Shown in pieces: positions 37,500 to 47,659 of a stretch of DNA of 64,000 nt. The position numbers and the translations under genes are program-made. This DNA comes from an uncultured Acidobacteriota bacterium (GTDB taxonomy: Bacteria > Acidobacteriota > Terriglobia > Terriglobales > Acidobacteriaceae), in the NCBI GenBank assembly GCA_963835275.1, contig CAWIFC010000003.1:10202-74201 (forward strand), written 5' to 3'. Numbering within the stretch: the first letter of the stretch is position 1; the number at the start of each line of letters is the position of its first letter. The notes beneath the pieces are model-generated. The model was given only the letters and a program-made list of their open reading frames with translations. It made no database searches and was not told the origin of the DNA.

Positions 37500-38558
37500 T
37501 TATTTCGTGACGGCCATCGAGGATGGTGCAACGCCGGTCGATGCTGATTCCGAGGTGGTGGTAAGAACTCCGGTCGTGACATCGATCGACTGGGCGGAAA
37601 TCGTCATTGAAGTTTGACTGCCGGTGTAAATGAACAGGTGGTTGGGATCGATGACCTCGAACAAAGGAGCGCCACTGGTGCCGAATGGCGAACCGATAAC
37701 CTGGGTAAGAACACCCGTGGTGGGAGCCACCGAGAATACGGAGATGTTGCTGGCTCCGAGGTCGGCGACGTAGAGAAACTGGCCCAGCACCGTCAGCGAG
37801 GTCGGACGGGTTCCAGTGGCAAACGTGCCTAGCAGTGCTAACGCCCCGGTGGTGGAATTCAGGGAGAAGACTGAAATTGTGCTGTCGGTCGCGTTGGCCA
37901 CGTAGACGAGGTTTCCCGCTGGATCGACCGTGATAGCGAGGGCTCCGTTGCCGACCTGAACCGGAAGGCCGGGTACGGATTGCAAAACCCCGGCGTTTAC
38001 CGTGTAGGCGAAAACCGCCGCCAGGTTGGCATTGAGCACGTAGAGGAACTTTCCTGAAGGAGCTATCGCCATCGTGACCGGATTGGCAGCCGTGGCGAAG
38101 GGAGATCCGGCAACTGCGGTAAGCGCTCCGCTGGTGGAGTTGATGGAATAGACCGAGACACTGCTGGAGACCTGGTTGAGGGCAAAAAGAAAGGCTCCGG
38201 GAGCGTCCATGACGAGGGAACCCGGCGTAAGCCCGGTCGGGGTTCGCGGCAGCACTTCCTTGAGCGAGCCTATCGTTGGGTCGATGGTGAAGCGCGAGAT
38301 GGTGTTGTCGAGTTGATTGGTGACGTAAGCAAAGCGGTTGGACGGAGACACCAGAACGGAGGACGGTGAGTTTCCCGACGGATACGGCGATCCCACGATG
38401 GTGGTAAATTGCGCGGTAGTGTTATTAATGCGAAAGGCTGCCACGGCGTTCCCGCTGGGCAGTGTGACATAAGCGGTATGGGTGGCGGTGGTACCGCACC
38501 CGACTAAAATTGCCAGCCCCAGCACTACCGAAACCAGGGAGAATTTCTTGCTCGGCAT
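37500..38558 (-). CDS. lactonase-type 7-bladed beta-propeller lipoprotein
   Basis: Lipobox LAILVGC. Repeated blades of the type YV(A/T)N..(D/S).(I/V)SVF(S/T)(I/L)...TG.L. Confidence 0.8.
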   Translation of the reverse strand: MPSKKFSLVSVVLGLAILVGCGTTATHTAYVTLPSGNAVAAFRINNTTAQFTTIVGSPYPSGNSPSSVLVSPSNRFAYVTNQLDNTISRFTIDPTIGSLKEVLPRTPTGLTPGSLVMDAPGAFLFALNQVSSSVSVYSINSTSGALTAVAGSPFATAANPVTMAIAPSGKFLYVLNANLAAVFAYTVNAGVLQSVPGLPVQVGNGALAITVDPAGNLVYVANATDSTISVFSLNSTTGALALLGTFATGTRPTSLTVLGQFLYVADLGASNISVFSVAPTTGVLTQVIGSPFGTSGAPLFEVIDPNHLFIYTGSQTSMTISAQSIDVTTGVLTTTSESASTGVAPSSMAVTK

Positions 38559-38650
38559 TTATCGAGCCCCTTCAAGAAAAATAGAAGTTGTGACCGGTCT
38601 AAGAAACATGATTTATGAGATCTCCAGGTTCGGGATGCAAACCTCTTAAT

Positions 38651-39241
38651 TCACAGTTTGGGACGCCGGCCAATTTGGCCGATGTGGAAAACCACGCCGG
38701 TTGAGACCCGTATATCGTTTTGAGTCGTCGTAAACGTGTGGGTGTTCAGGTAATCGGCCTGGACGCGAAACGTGAACCGCGGAGTCAGCTCCCGGTCGTA
38801 CCCGCCTCCGGCCGCAAAGGCGCGTCCGACACTTACAAATCCATCTTTGATCGACGTCGAGATATCCACGGTGTTTTCCGCCTTGCCGAACAGACCATGA
38901 AAAAAGAACTTGGACTTGTCCCTCCGGAGGTCATACTGCGGACCAATCATATAGTTGTAGACCGTGAGTTGATTGCCATAATGACCGCTTCCATCCGCAG
39001 TCACGGCGAAGCGCGTGGTGATGTTAAACGTCACCTCGCCATTAAATCCATTCAAGTTGGACCAGCCTGGGTAGCCAAGGGTTGGCGAATCAAATCGCAG
39101 GTAGGAGTAGCCGCCAAAAAATTCCCACCGGGGAGCTACCTGTCCTGCCGAAAGGGAAGAGACCGCCATGACAACCGAGAAAACGAGGAAGATGAATATT
39201 GCCGCTCTCTTGCAGGGGACGCCCACACGTTCGATGGTCAT
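38651..39241 (-). CDS. outer-membrane beta-barrel (OmpW/porin-family-like) protein
   Basis: Trimmed to ATG 39241. Signal peptide followed by EFFGGYSYLRF, alternating beta-strand pattern and a C-terminal aromatic ...GVVFHIG. Confidence 0.7.
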   Translation of the reverse strand: MTIERVGVPCKRAAIFIFLVFSVVMAVSSLSAGQVAPRWEFFGGYSYLRFDSPTLGYPGWSNLNGFNGEVTFNITTRFAVTADGSGHYGNQLTVYNYMIGPQYDLRRDKSKFFFHGLFGKAENTVDISTSIKDGFVSVGRAFAAGGGYDRELTPRFTFRVQADYLNTHTFTTTQNDIRVSTGVVFHIGQIGRRPKL

Positions 39242-39535
39242 TAGTATGAATGCACCAACTTCCCTCCAGGATTGTGCTGAAGCCGAGGCTAATATAGCAG
39301 CTCGCTTTACCTTCGCGCTCTTTGTTGCCGAGCTTAACTGTTTGTAATCAAACACGATTCTACCCGGAAGTTGCAAACAGAAACAGGCGGAAGCGTGTAA
39401 TTCTTTGTAAAGCCCGGAGGAGTTGGAACCGCATTCGCGCGGCGGTTGATTGCCGGGGCACGGAATGCCTGTTTCCTAGGATTGCCATCGCAAATCGTAG
39501 TTTCGCGGTTGACATCACTCGTGCCCGGTCATAAC

Positions 39536-42139
39536 ATGCCTGACACTACGCCGCTTCAGCTTTGCATGATTGGTAAAGTACTGGGTCACTATCGCGTACT
39601 GGAAAAGATAGGCTCTGGGGGAATGGGGGAAGTGTACCGCGCCAGCGACGAGCGGCTGGGACGGGACGTAGCTCTCAAGATCCTCAAACCCTCTCTCGCC
39701 CATGATCAGGATCGCCTGCGCCGTTTCGAGCAGGAGGCGCGCGCCGCTGCCACCCTCAATCATCCCAATGTTGTTGCCGTCTACGACATCGGCAGGCACG
39801 AGGGCGCGCCCTATATTGTGTCCGAGTTACTGGAAGGGCAGACGCTGCGCGATCGGTTGCTCGATGGGCCGGTGCCGCGGCGTCAAGCTGTAGACTACGC
39901 CTCGCAGATTGCGCAGGGGTTGGTTGCCGCGCACGAGAAACGGATCGTGCATCGCGACCTCAAGCCGGAAAACATCTTCATCACGAAAGATGGCAGGGTC
40001 AAGATCCTCGATTTTGGTATTGCCAAGCTGACAACTTCGGAGTTCGGCACCGAGGGCGACGAAGCAGCCTCGCCGGCGAATATGACGACCCAGACCCGGA
40101 CGGGATCGATCCTGGGCACCATTGCTTATATGTCTCCCCAGCAATTGCGGGGCAAAGCGGTGGATCATCGCAGCGACATTTTCAGCTTTGGAGCAATGTT
40201 TTATGAGATGCTCACCGGCAAACAAGCCTTTGCCGGCGATACCCAAGTCGACACGATGACCGCGATCCTTAAGGAAGATCCTCCGGACATGATTCGGGAG
40301 GGCGCGGACATTCCCCCGGCGTACGAAAAGATCGCCCGCCATTGTTTGGAGAAAGAGCCGGGAAACCGTTTCCAGTCGGCCCGCGACCTGGCCTTCGCGC
40401 TCAACACGCTTTCGGACGTTACCATCAGCAGACAAATCGTCGCGTTTCGCGGTCAAGGGACGTGGCTTCGAACGTGGTTGCCTCGCATCGCGGTGGCATT
40501 GCTACTGACGGCGCTGGCCATTTTCATCGGTTACAGGCTTAGACCGGCTGCGAACCCGGAATTCCACCGGGTTACGTATGAGCGTGGAACGCTGTACTCG
40601 GCTCGATTCACCCCGGACGGCCGCACGATCGTCTACGGAGCTGCGTGGAATGGCCGTCCGCAGCAAATTTATTCGACAATTCCCGACTCTTTGCTGGCCC
40701 GCCCTTTGGGCCTGCCTGCTTATCTTCTCGGTCTTTCGCGCTCCGGTGAACTGGCTCTGATACTGCGCGGGAGGCCCGGCTCCCGTCTCGAATTCGAAGG
40801 CGGGATGCTGGCACGATCTCCCATGATTGGCGGCACTCCCCGGGAGGTGCTCGCTGACGTGGCCTGGGCAGATTGGAATCCGGTTCGTGGAGATATTGCC
40901 GTTGTACACCACGCCCATGGACGCGACAGTCTGGAATATCCCGTCGGCAACGTTCTGTACACGACCAACGGTTCGATCAGCAATATCCGGTTTTCTCCTC
41001 AGGGGGATCGGATTGCCTTTTTGGATCACCCCGCGCTCTGGGACAATAGCGGCTCGGTTTGTGTCGTCGACTTGGCCGGACACAAAACGACGCTCTCCTC
41101 CCCCTGGACCGTTGAAAACGGTTTGGCGTGGTCTCCCCGTGGCAACGAAGTGTGGTTCACTGCCTTGCAGGACGATTCCAGCCATCGCTCGCTGTGGGCG
41201 GTAAATTTGGCGGGGCGGCAGCGCAAGGTGTTCGCCGTACCTGTACCGGGCGGAGTCACTCTTCATGACATCGCTGCGGACGGGCGCTTGCTGGTCACCA
41301 TCGATATTGAGCGGCTGGCTATGGAATGGGTCGGCAAAGATAAACAGGTCCAGGATCTTTCCTGGTATGACTGGAGCATCGCCAAAGATATTTCCCCCGA
41401 TGGCCAGTCGGTGTTGTTCGAGGAAGGCGGAGAGCCGGCCGGTCCGAACAATGCCGTGGCAATTCGCAAGATCGATGGCTCGCCTCCCATTCGCTTGGGC
41501 GACGGCACCGCGGACAAGTTGTCGCCCGACGGCGACTGGGCCGTCCAAGTGTCGCGAACCGGACCAGCACGGATTACCCTGCTGCCCGTGGGCCCCGGTC
41601 AATCCCGTCAGATTCCTTTGCCGGGACTGGATCAGCTGCAAAATGGCACTCACTTCTTGCCCGACGGGAAGCGAATCGCCATTAATGGAAACGAACCTGG
41701 ACGGCCAGCGCGTACTTACGTTGTGGACCTCGCTGATGGGAAGCTCCAGCCCATCACTCCCGAGGGCGTATTTGCCACGCTCCCGTCGCCCGACGGCAAG
41801 TACCTGGTGGGTGCCAATTCAGATCACAAACTAGCTTTGTTCCCGCTGGACGGAGGCGCGGCGCGCCCCATTCCCGTAGCAGACTCCGGATACGTGCTGG
41901 CGCGCTGGTCCTCCGACAGCAAGGCCTTGTATGTCTACCGGTCGGGAGAAATGCCGCTGAAGATTCAGCGCCTGGAGATTGCCACCGGAAGTGTGAAAAC
42001 GGTCCGCGAGTTGGTCCCCGCGGATCCCGGAGGCGTGGTCTCGATCGGGCCTGTGATCACCAACATGAACGCCTCCGAGTTTGCCTACAGCTACTATCAG
42101 GCGCTCTCTACGCTGTACGTGATTTCCGGGCTGAATTAG
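39536..42139 (+). CDS. Ser/Thr protein kinase with TM segment and C-terminal TolB-like/WD40 beta-propeller domains
   Basis: GSGGMGEVYRA, VALKIL, HRDLKPENIF, DFGIAK and APE-like YMSPQQ. One TM segment (IAVALLLTALAIFIGY). SPDG propeller repeats. The start is set at ATG 39536. Confidence 0.9.
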   Translation: MPDTTPLQLCMIGKVLGHYRVLEKIGSGGMGEVYRASDERLGRDVALKILKPSLAHDQDRLRRFEQEARAAATLNHPNVVAVYDIGRHEGAPYIVSELLEGQTLRDRLLDGPVPRRQAVDYASQIAQGLVAAHEKRIVHRDLKPENIFITKDGRVKILDFGIAKLTTSEFGTEGDEAASPANMTTQTRTGSILGTIAYMSPQQLRGKAVDHRSDIFSFGAMFYEMLTGKQAFAGDTQVDTMTAILKEDPPDMIREGADIPPAYEKIARHCLEKEPGNRFQSARDLAFALNTLSDVTISRQIVAFRGQGTWLRTWLPRIAVALLLTALAIFIGYRLRPAANPEFHRVTYERGTLYSARFTPDGRTIVYGAAWNGRPQQIYSTIPDSLLARPLGLPAYLLGLSRSGELALILRGRPGSRLEFEGGMLARSPMIGGTPREVLADVAWADWNPVRGDIAVVHHAHGRDSLEYPVGNVLYTTNGSISNIRFSPQGDRIAFLDHPALWDNSGSVCVVDLAGHKTTLSSPWTVENGLAWSPRGNEVWFTALQDDSSHRSLWAVNLAGRQRKVFAVPVPGGVTLHDIAADGRLLVTIDIERLAMEWVGKDKQVQDLSWYDWSIAKDISPDGQSVLFEEGGEPAGPNNAVAIRKIDGSPPIRLGDGTADKLSPDGDWAVQVSRTGPARITLLPVGPGQSRQIPLPGLDQLQNGTHFLPDGKRIAINGNEPGRPARTYVVDLADGKLQPITPEGVFATLPSPDGKYLVGANSDHKLALFPLDGGAARPIPVADSGYVLARWSSDSKALYVYRSGEMPLKIQRLEIATGSVKTVRELVPADPGGVVSIGPVITNMNASEFAYSYYQALSTLYVISGLN

Positions 42140-42180
42140 CCACCGCAGATGCCAGCGTTCATTGGAGAAGTTCAGGTTGT

Positions 42181-42250
42181 TCCTTTGTGTACCTTCGTAT
42201 CTTTTGTGGTCGATGAAGTTCGAATGCGGGAACCACGAAGGACAAAAAGG
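42181..42250. repeat. degenerate copy of the palindromic element seen at 47550..47630
   Basis: The left arm tcctttgtgtaccttcgtatcttttgtggt matches 28/30. The right arm aaccacgaaggacaaaaagg is truncated. Confidence 0.6.
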
Positions 42251-42305
42251 GCGCTGGCCGTACACGCGTCACGAAGTTTTGACGATTAGGAAAAAAAGAA
42301 GATAA

Positions 42306-44672
42306 TTGCTGAAAGTGGTCGGCCATCGTCAGTGGGTTCTCGCTGTGAAGGCTCTTGCCTTGAGCCTGGCAATTTTGTGCGGTGAAATTTTCGGGCTGGC
42401 TTCCACTGCAGTTGCGCAATCGCCGACCCAATCTCCGGTCCAACCTTCGACTCCGTCCTCAACTCAATCGTCAACCCCATCCTCGACCAAGAAAAGCGCT
42501 CCCGCCAAGAAGAAGAGCAGCGGAACCACGGCCGCTCCCACGAGGCATAAGCCTGCGTCTCCACGTCTGCGGCGAATGCGTGAAGCGTTTGTCGCGTCGG
42601 CGAGTTTGAAACCGATGGCGCGACAGTTGCTTCAGGATCGAACTCCGGCGGCTTACGCTGGCGTAGAGGGCTATGCCCGGCGTCATGCGAACGAGGATGC
42701 GGGCGCTCTGGCGTGGTTGGTGGCAGGTTATGCGCACACCTTGGATAAGAACTACGTAAGTGCGATTGATGCTTTGAATCGCGCCAAGCCTCACGCGGGC
42801 GATTTGGGCGATTACGTCAATTTTTATCTGGGCACAGCTTACTACCAGACTGGGCGGCAGGCGGAGGCCGTGGCGACCCTGGGTGGGTTCGACAAAGCTT
42901 ACCCCGAGTCGCGGCTAAGGCGGGATGCGCATGTGGCGTATGCCAACGCTCTGGTGGCGGACGGACGGGCGCAGGACGCGGTGGACTTATTGGAAAACGA
43001 TCGGCAGCCGGTTCGCGCCGACCTTGAACTCGCGCTGGGCCGCGCCCACGAGGTTGCGGGGCATCCGGCGAAGGCATTGAGCATCTTTCGCAATTTGTAT
43101 TTCACTATGCCGCTGGCTTGGGAGTCGACCCAGGTGGACGGTGATCTGAAGAAGTTGGCGGGGACTCCGGAAACCAAGCCGCCCAGCTTCGAGGAACAGA
43201 AGACGCGCGCCGATCTTCTGGTCAAAGGCAAACAGTACAACCAGGCCGCGAACGAATATCGCACGTTGTTGAATGAAGCGGGCCCAAACGATCGCGCTGC
43301 CGTCGAGATGGCGATGGCCGAGGCATTGCGTCATGCCGGGCGCGACAAGGAGGCCAAGAAAGCGTTGGAGTCGATGCCCGAGATGACACCGGAGTTGAAT
43401 GCAGAGCGATTGTTCAACTTGGGAGAAATCGCGCGCGGTGCGAATGACAATGAAACATTTCTGCGCTGCCTTGACCAGTTGCGTCAGACTGCTCCGACGA
43501 GTTCATGGCTGGAGCAGGCGCTGCTTTCTGCGGGAAACATTTATCTGTTGCGACGCGATTATGACCGGGCGATTGATTCCTACCGGGAGTTGCAGCAGCG
43601 CTTCCCGAACGGCGGACGGTCGTCTTACGCGCTGTGGAAGGCGACGTGGTTAAGCCTGCGGCAAGGCAGGCGCGCCGATGCTGAGAAGGGTTTCGATGAT
43701 CAGATTGGACTGTATCCGACCTCGGGGGAAGTTCCGGCGGCTCTTTACTGGCGGGGCCGTTTGGCAGAAGAAGACGGGGAATCGGCCAAGGCGCGCGCTT
43801 ATTACGAGAAGGTGTCGGAGCGGTTTCGCAATTACTACTATGGCGAGCTGGCGCGGCAACAACTCAAGAAGCTCAAAGCCGACAGCGATCCGGTTCACTA
43901 CGCCCTGCTGGACCGCGTGCCCTCGATCGATGCGAGCACCAAGGTGACTGCCGACGCGCTTCCCACCGACAACCTGCGTGTGCAAAAGGCACAGCTTCTA
44001 GAGAATGGGGGCCTGCTGGATTTTTCAGTTCGCGAACTGCGGGCAGCGGCGGAGGAAACTAAGGGAAACTGGTTGGCGCCAGAGATGGCCCACCTTTATT
44101 CGGATGCGGGCCGTTACGATATGGCGATTGAAGTCCTGAAGCGTGCCGTGCCGAGTTATTTTGCCGTTGATTTACCGAGTCTGCCCCGTCCGTATTGGGA
44201 GGCACTTTTCCCCAAGCCGTATTGGATTGATCTGAAAAAATTCTCCTCCAGCAATGGTCTGGATCCCTACCTCGTAGCGGCCCTCATCCGGCAGGAATCG
44301 GAATTCAATCCCAGCGCAGTGTCGAGAGCCAACGCTGTCGGTCTTATGCAGCTGCTGCCGAAGGTTGGCAAGTCCGTCGCCAAGCAGGAGAAACTAAAAC
44401 ACTTTTCCACGACTCAGCTGTTCACGCCGGGAGTGAATCTTCAACTCGGCACTCGCTACTTCCGCAGCATGGTCGACAAGTTCGGCGGCTTCGAGTATGC
44501 GCTGGCCGCCTACAATGCGGGCGCGGATCGTGTGCAGGACTGGCAGGGTCAAGGCAAATATCGAGATGCCCCCGAATTTGTGGAATCCATTCCGTTCACG
44601 GAGACGCGTGAGTACGTGCAGGCGATTTTGCGAAATGCGAATGTGTACCGGCAGTTGTACGGGGCGCCGTAA
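42306..44672 (+). CDS. soluble lytic murein transglycosylase (Slt70-like: TPR/superhelical N-domain + SLT domain)
   Basis: LIRQESEFNPSAVSRANAVGLMQLLP and AYNAG form the SLT catalytic region. The start is uncertain between TTG 42306 and GTG 42345 (VKALALSLAILCG). Confidence 0.85.
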   Translation: MLKVVGHRQWVLAVKALALSLAILCGEIFGLASTAVAQSPTQSPVQPSTPSSTQSSTPSSTKKSAPAKKKSSGTTAAPTRHKPASPRLRRMREAFVASASLKPMARQLLQDRTPAAYAGVEGYARRHANEDAGALAWLVAGYAHTLDKNYVSAIDALNRAKPHAGDLGDYVNFYLGTAYYQTGRQAEAVATLGGFDKAYPESRLRRDAHVAYANALVADGRAQDAVDLLENDRQPVRADLELALGRAHEVAGHPAKALSIFRNLYFTMPLAWESTQVDGDLKKLAGTPETKPPSFEEQKTRADLLVKGKQYNQAANEYRTLLNEAGPNDRAAVEMAMAEALRHAGRDKEAKKALESMPEMTPELNAERLFNLGEIARGANDNETFLRCLDQLRQTAPTSSWLEQALLSAGNIYLLRRDYDRAIDSYRELQQRFPNGGRSSYALWKATWLSLRQGRRADAEKGFDDQIGLYPTSGEVPAALYWRGRLAEEDGESAKARAYYEKVSERFRNYYYGELARQQLKKLKADSDPVHYALLDRVPSIDASTKVTADALPTDNLRVQKAQLLENGGLLDFSVRELRAAAEETKGNWLAPEMAHLYSDAGRYDMAIEVLKRAVPSYFAVDLPSLPRPYWEALFPKPYWIDLKKFSSSNGLDPYLVAALIRQESEFNPSAVSRANAVGLMQLLPKVGKSVAKQEKLKHFSTTQLFTPGVNLQLGTRYFRSMVDKFGGFEYALAAYNAGADRVQDWQGQGKYRDAPEFVESIPFTETREYVQAILRNANVYRQLYGAP

Positions 44673-44750
44673 ACGAATTGATCTTGCGTTGAGCGTCGTC
44701 ACAGAAAGTGCCGCTGCCGGGGTAGAATGGTGGCTCCAGCGGAGGGATTT

Positions 44751-46255
44751 ATGAAGCCGTCGTCACAGTCACCTTCCAGGCTTTTCAATTCCTGCGGTTT
44801 TCCATTTGCCCTCTGTTTGCTCCTCTCTAGCGTCGCCAGCGCCGCGCCTTCTATTAGTCTCTCCAAGAAAAGTGGGCCGCCGACCAGCGCCATATTTGTC
44901 TCGGGACGCGGATTTGGGCCGAACGTTGGCGTGGACATTTATTTCCAGACGAAGGATGAGGCGCTGGTAATCACCGATGGCAAGGGAGCGTTTGAGAAGG
45001 CCAAAATCCACGTGCCGCGCAGTGCCTATCCGGGTCAGCGTTGGATCACGGCGCTGGAGCGGAATAATGATAAGGGCGCTCAGCAACCGTTTCTGGTGCA
45101 AACTAATTGGAGCCAATTTCACTTCGATGCCGACGGCACGCGCCTGAATCCTTATGAGAACGTGCTGAATGCCAAGAATGTCGGAAACCTCAATTTGAAG
45201 TGGACTCACAACGTTGGCAATCTTGTTGACGGATCCTCGCCGGCGGTGGTGGACGGGGTGGTTTATATTGGCGCTGATTCTCTTTATGCGCTGAACGCCG
45301 ACAGCGGCGCCGCGCTGTGGAGCTATCCCCTCCGCAACTTGGAAGCCTCGCCCGCGGTAGGGAATGGGGTTGTTTACAGCAACTCCCAGGACGGCAATAT
45401 TTACGCGCTAAACGCGCGCACCGGTGCCAAACTGTGGACCTCCGCGATCGGGAGTGACGATTATTCGTCCCCTGCAGTTGTGGATGGGTGGTCTATGTCG
45501 GCTCGGGATACCCAAATAACAGCCTCTACGCTCTGAATGCGCGCACCGGTGCCAAACTGTGGAGCTACACCACTGGGAACACGGTGGACTCATCCCCTAC
45601 CGTGGTAAACGGCGTGGTTTACTTTGTCTCGGACGATTTTAACGTATATGCGCTCGATGCCAAAACTGGTGCCAAACTGTGGAGCTACAAGATGGACTCG
45701 GTCGTGGCCGTGACAACTGCTCCTGCAGTGGCAGCTGGTGTGGTTTATGTCGGCACGTGGATCGGCAAAGTCTATGCGCTAAACGCTGACACCGGCACCG
45801 AACTCTGGAGGTTCGACGATTGCTACCCTTGTGCGTTGCCGTCACCCGCCGTTGCGAACGGCGTGGTGTACATCGGCTCTGAAAGCGGCGATGTGCATGC
45901 GCTTGATGCCCATACCGGCGAGCTGCTGTGGACCTACACCACCGGCGGCGGTGTGGATTCATCGGCCGCAGTGGCAGATGGCGTGGTTTATGTCGCGTCC
46001 TGGGCTTACGCAGACAACTTTGTTTACGCCCTCAACGCCCGCACTGGAGCCGAGCTGTGGACATATGCCACTGGCTCTTACGTAGTATCCTCGCCCTCAG
46101 TCGTGAATGGAACCGTTTATATCGGTTGCTGGAATGACAACATTTACGCCTTCGGCCTGAAATACGGTTCGCAGCAGGCAGAGGCAACCCGACCCCCGGA
46201 CCTGAAGGCGCTTCGCCCAGACCTCAAACTCAAGCCGAGGAACTTCGACCGTTGA
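44751..46255 (+). pseudogene. PQQ-like/BamB-like beta-propeller repeat protein, split by a 1-nt frameshift
   Basis: ORFs 44727..45536 and 45488..46255 carry the same repeat (SSPAVVDGVVY.G....LYALNA.TGA.LW). The frame breaks at the G-run 45486..45488. The start is set at ATG 44751 after GGAGGG. Confidence 0.75.
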
Positions 46256-46269
46256 CAATGACAGGTTGA

Positions 46270-47526
46270 TTACTCGTAGCGCAGCGCGTCTACCGGGTGA
46301 AGTCGTGAAGCTTTCACCGCAGGGTAAATGCCAAAAAAGAGGCCGACGCTCATCGAACCGCCAACGGCCATGACCACCGACCAGAGTGGGACCGCGGAAG
46401 GCAGGCTGGGCAAGAGTTTGTTGACCAGGAAGCTGATCACCGCTCCCAAAGAGACGCCAATGATTCCGCCTGTGCCGGTCAGGGTGATTGCCTCGGTTAG
46501 GAACTGACGGATGATGTCGCGGCGCCGCGCGCCGATCGCCTTGCGCACTCCGATTTCGCGAGTGCGTTCCGTGACCGACATGAGCATGATATTCATCACT
46601 CCGACGCCGCCAATGAGGAGTCCGATGGAGCTGATCACGACTACCGCGATGGCAATCGCGCCGGTGATCTGCCGGAACTGGCGCGCTATTTCCTCGGAGC
46701 TGGAAATTGCGAAGTTGTTGGACTTATCCAGGGGAACGCCTCGACGGCGGCGCAACAGGCCGATGATTTCATCCTCAGCTTCCGCCTTCCTGCCGGGAAT
46801 CGCCTGCGCTCCGATGAAATGCTCGTCGTCCTGCGGATTGTTCTTGCGATAGGTCCGGTAGGGCACTACGATGACTTTGTCCGCAGATTCATCCTTAAAG
46901 AACTGTCCCTTGCGCTTTTCCAGTACGCCGACGACCCGGTAGGAGTCGTCACCGACCCGAATGGTCTTGCCCAGCGGGTCTTCTTCGTGAAACAGGCCGT
47001 CGGCCAGGTCGTGGCCGATTACGGCTACGTCCATGTGGTGCAGGTCTTCGGCCTCGGTAAAGAATCGGCCTTTCTCGGGTTGAGCATTGTAGACCCACTC
47101 GTACGACGGAATGGTGCCGGTGAATTGAATTCCAAAGACCTCGTTTCCCTTGTAGCGCGCGGGTACTTGCGTGAAAGGCTGGCCGGGTTCGATCCGTGGA
47201 GAAACTTCCAGGGTCACATCCTTGACATCGGGGCATTCTTCCTGGATGGCCATGGCATCTTCGTAGGTAAGCGGCTTGCGATTGCGTTCCTCTGGGGTAA
47301 GCCGCCCGCGGAAACCGAAATCCCAGCGGAATACGAACAACGTGTTGGTTCCGTATTGATCGAGAAAGCCGCGAATGTCGCGATCCAGGCCGACCATGAT
47401 GGAAGCGACGGCGACGATGGCCATGATTCCGATCACTACGCCCAGAACGGTCAGCAGCGACCGCGCCTTGTGCTGGCGGAGGGAATCGAAGGCCATGCGC
47501 GTGTTTTCGCCGAGCTCAAACTGCAC
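46270..47526 (-). CDS. MacB-like ABC transporter permease (MacB periplasmic core + FtsX domain)
   Basis: N-terminus FDSLRQHKARSLLTVLGVVIGIMAIVAV and C-terminal FtsX region REIGVRKAIGARRRDI. GTG start. Confidence 0.85.
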   Translation of the reverse strand: MQFELGENTRMAFDSLRQHKARSLLTVLGVVIGIMAIVAVASIMVGLDRDIRGFLDQYGTNTLFVFRWDFGFRGRLTPEERNRKPLTYEDAMAIQEECPDVKDVTLEVSPRIEPGQPFTQVPARYKGNEVFGIQFTGTIPSYEWVYNAQPEKGRFFTEAEDLHHMDVAVIGHDLADGLFHEEDPLGKTIRVGDDSYRVVGVLEKRKGQFFKDESADKVIVVPYRTYRKNNPQDDEHFIGAQAIPGRKAEAEDEIIGLLRRRRGVPLDKSNNFAISSSEEIARQFRQITGAIAIAVVVISSIGLLIGGVGVMNIMLMSVTERTREIGVRKAIGARRRDIIRQFLTEAITLTGTGGIIGVSLGAVISFLVNKLLPSLPSAVPLWSVVMAVGGSMSVGLFFGIYPAVKASRLHPVDALRYE

Positions 47527-47549
47527 GATAGCAACCTCTAAGACTTGTT

Positions 47550-47630
47550 TCCTTTGTGTACCTTCGTGTCCTTTGTGGTTGACGAACTACAAATGCAATA
47601 ACCACAAAGGACACGAAGGTACACAAAGGA
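47550..47630. repeat. perfect 31-bp inverted repeat with 19-nt loop (REP-like palindromic element)
   Basis: tcctttgtgtaccttcgtgtcctttgtggtt ...19 nt... aaccacaaaggacacgaaggtacacaaagga. I checked by hand that the two arms are exact reverse complements. Confidence 0.85.
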
Positions 47631-47659
47631 GAACTCGTAACTTAATCAATGCCTAAGTC

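Noticed and set aside
40502-41653. 383-aa minus-strand ORF.
   Set aside because: It is antisense to the propeller part of the Ser/Thr kinase gene and has antisense-type composition.
13355-47630. Whether the recurring hairpin repeats could be a CRISPR array.
   Set aside because: The copies are kilobases apart, are not in regular repeat-spacer register, belong to several unrelated families, and no cas genes are present.
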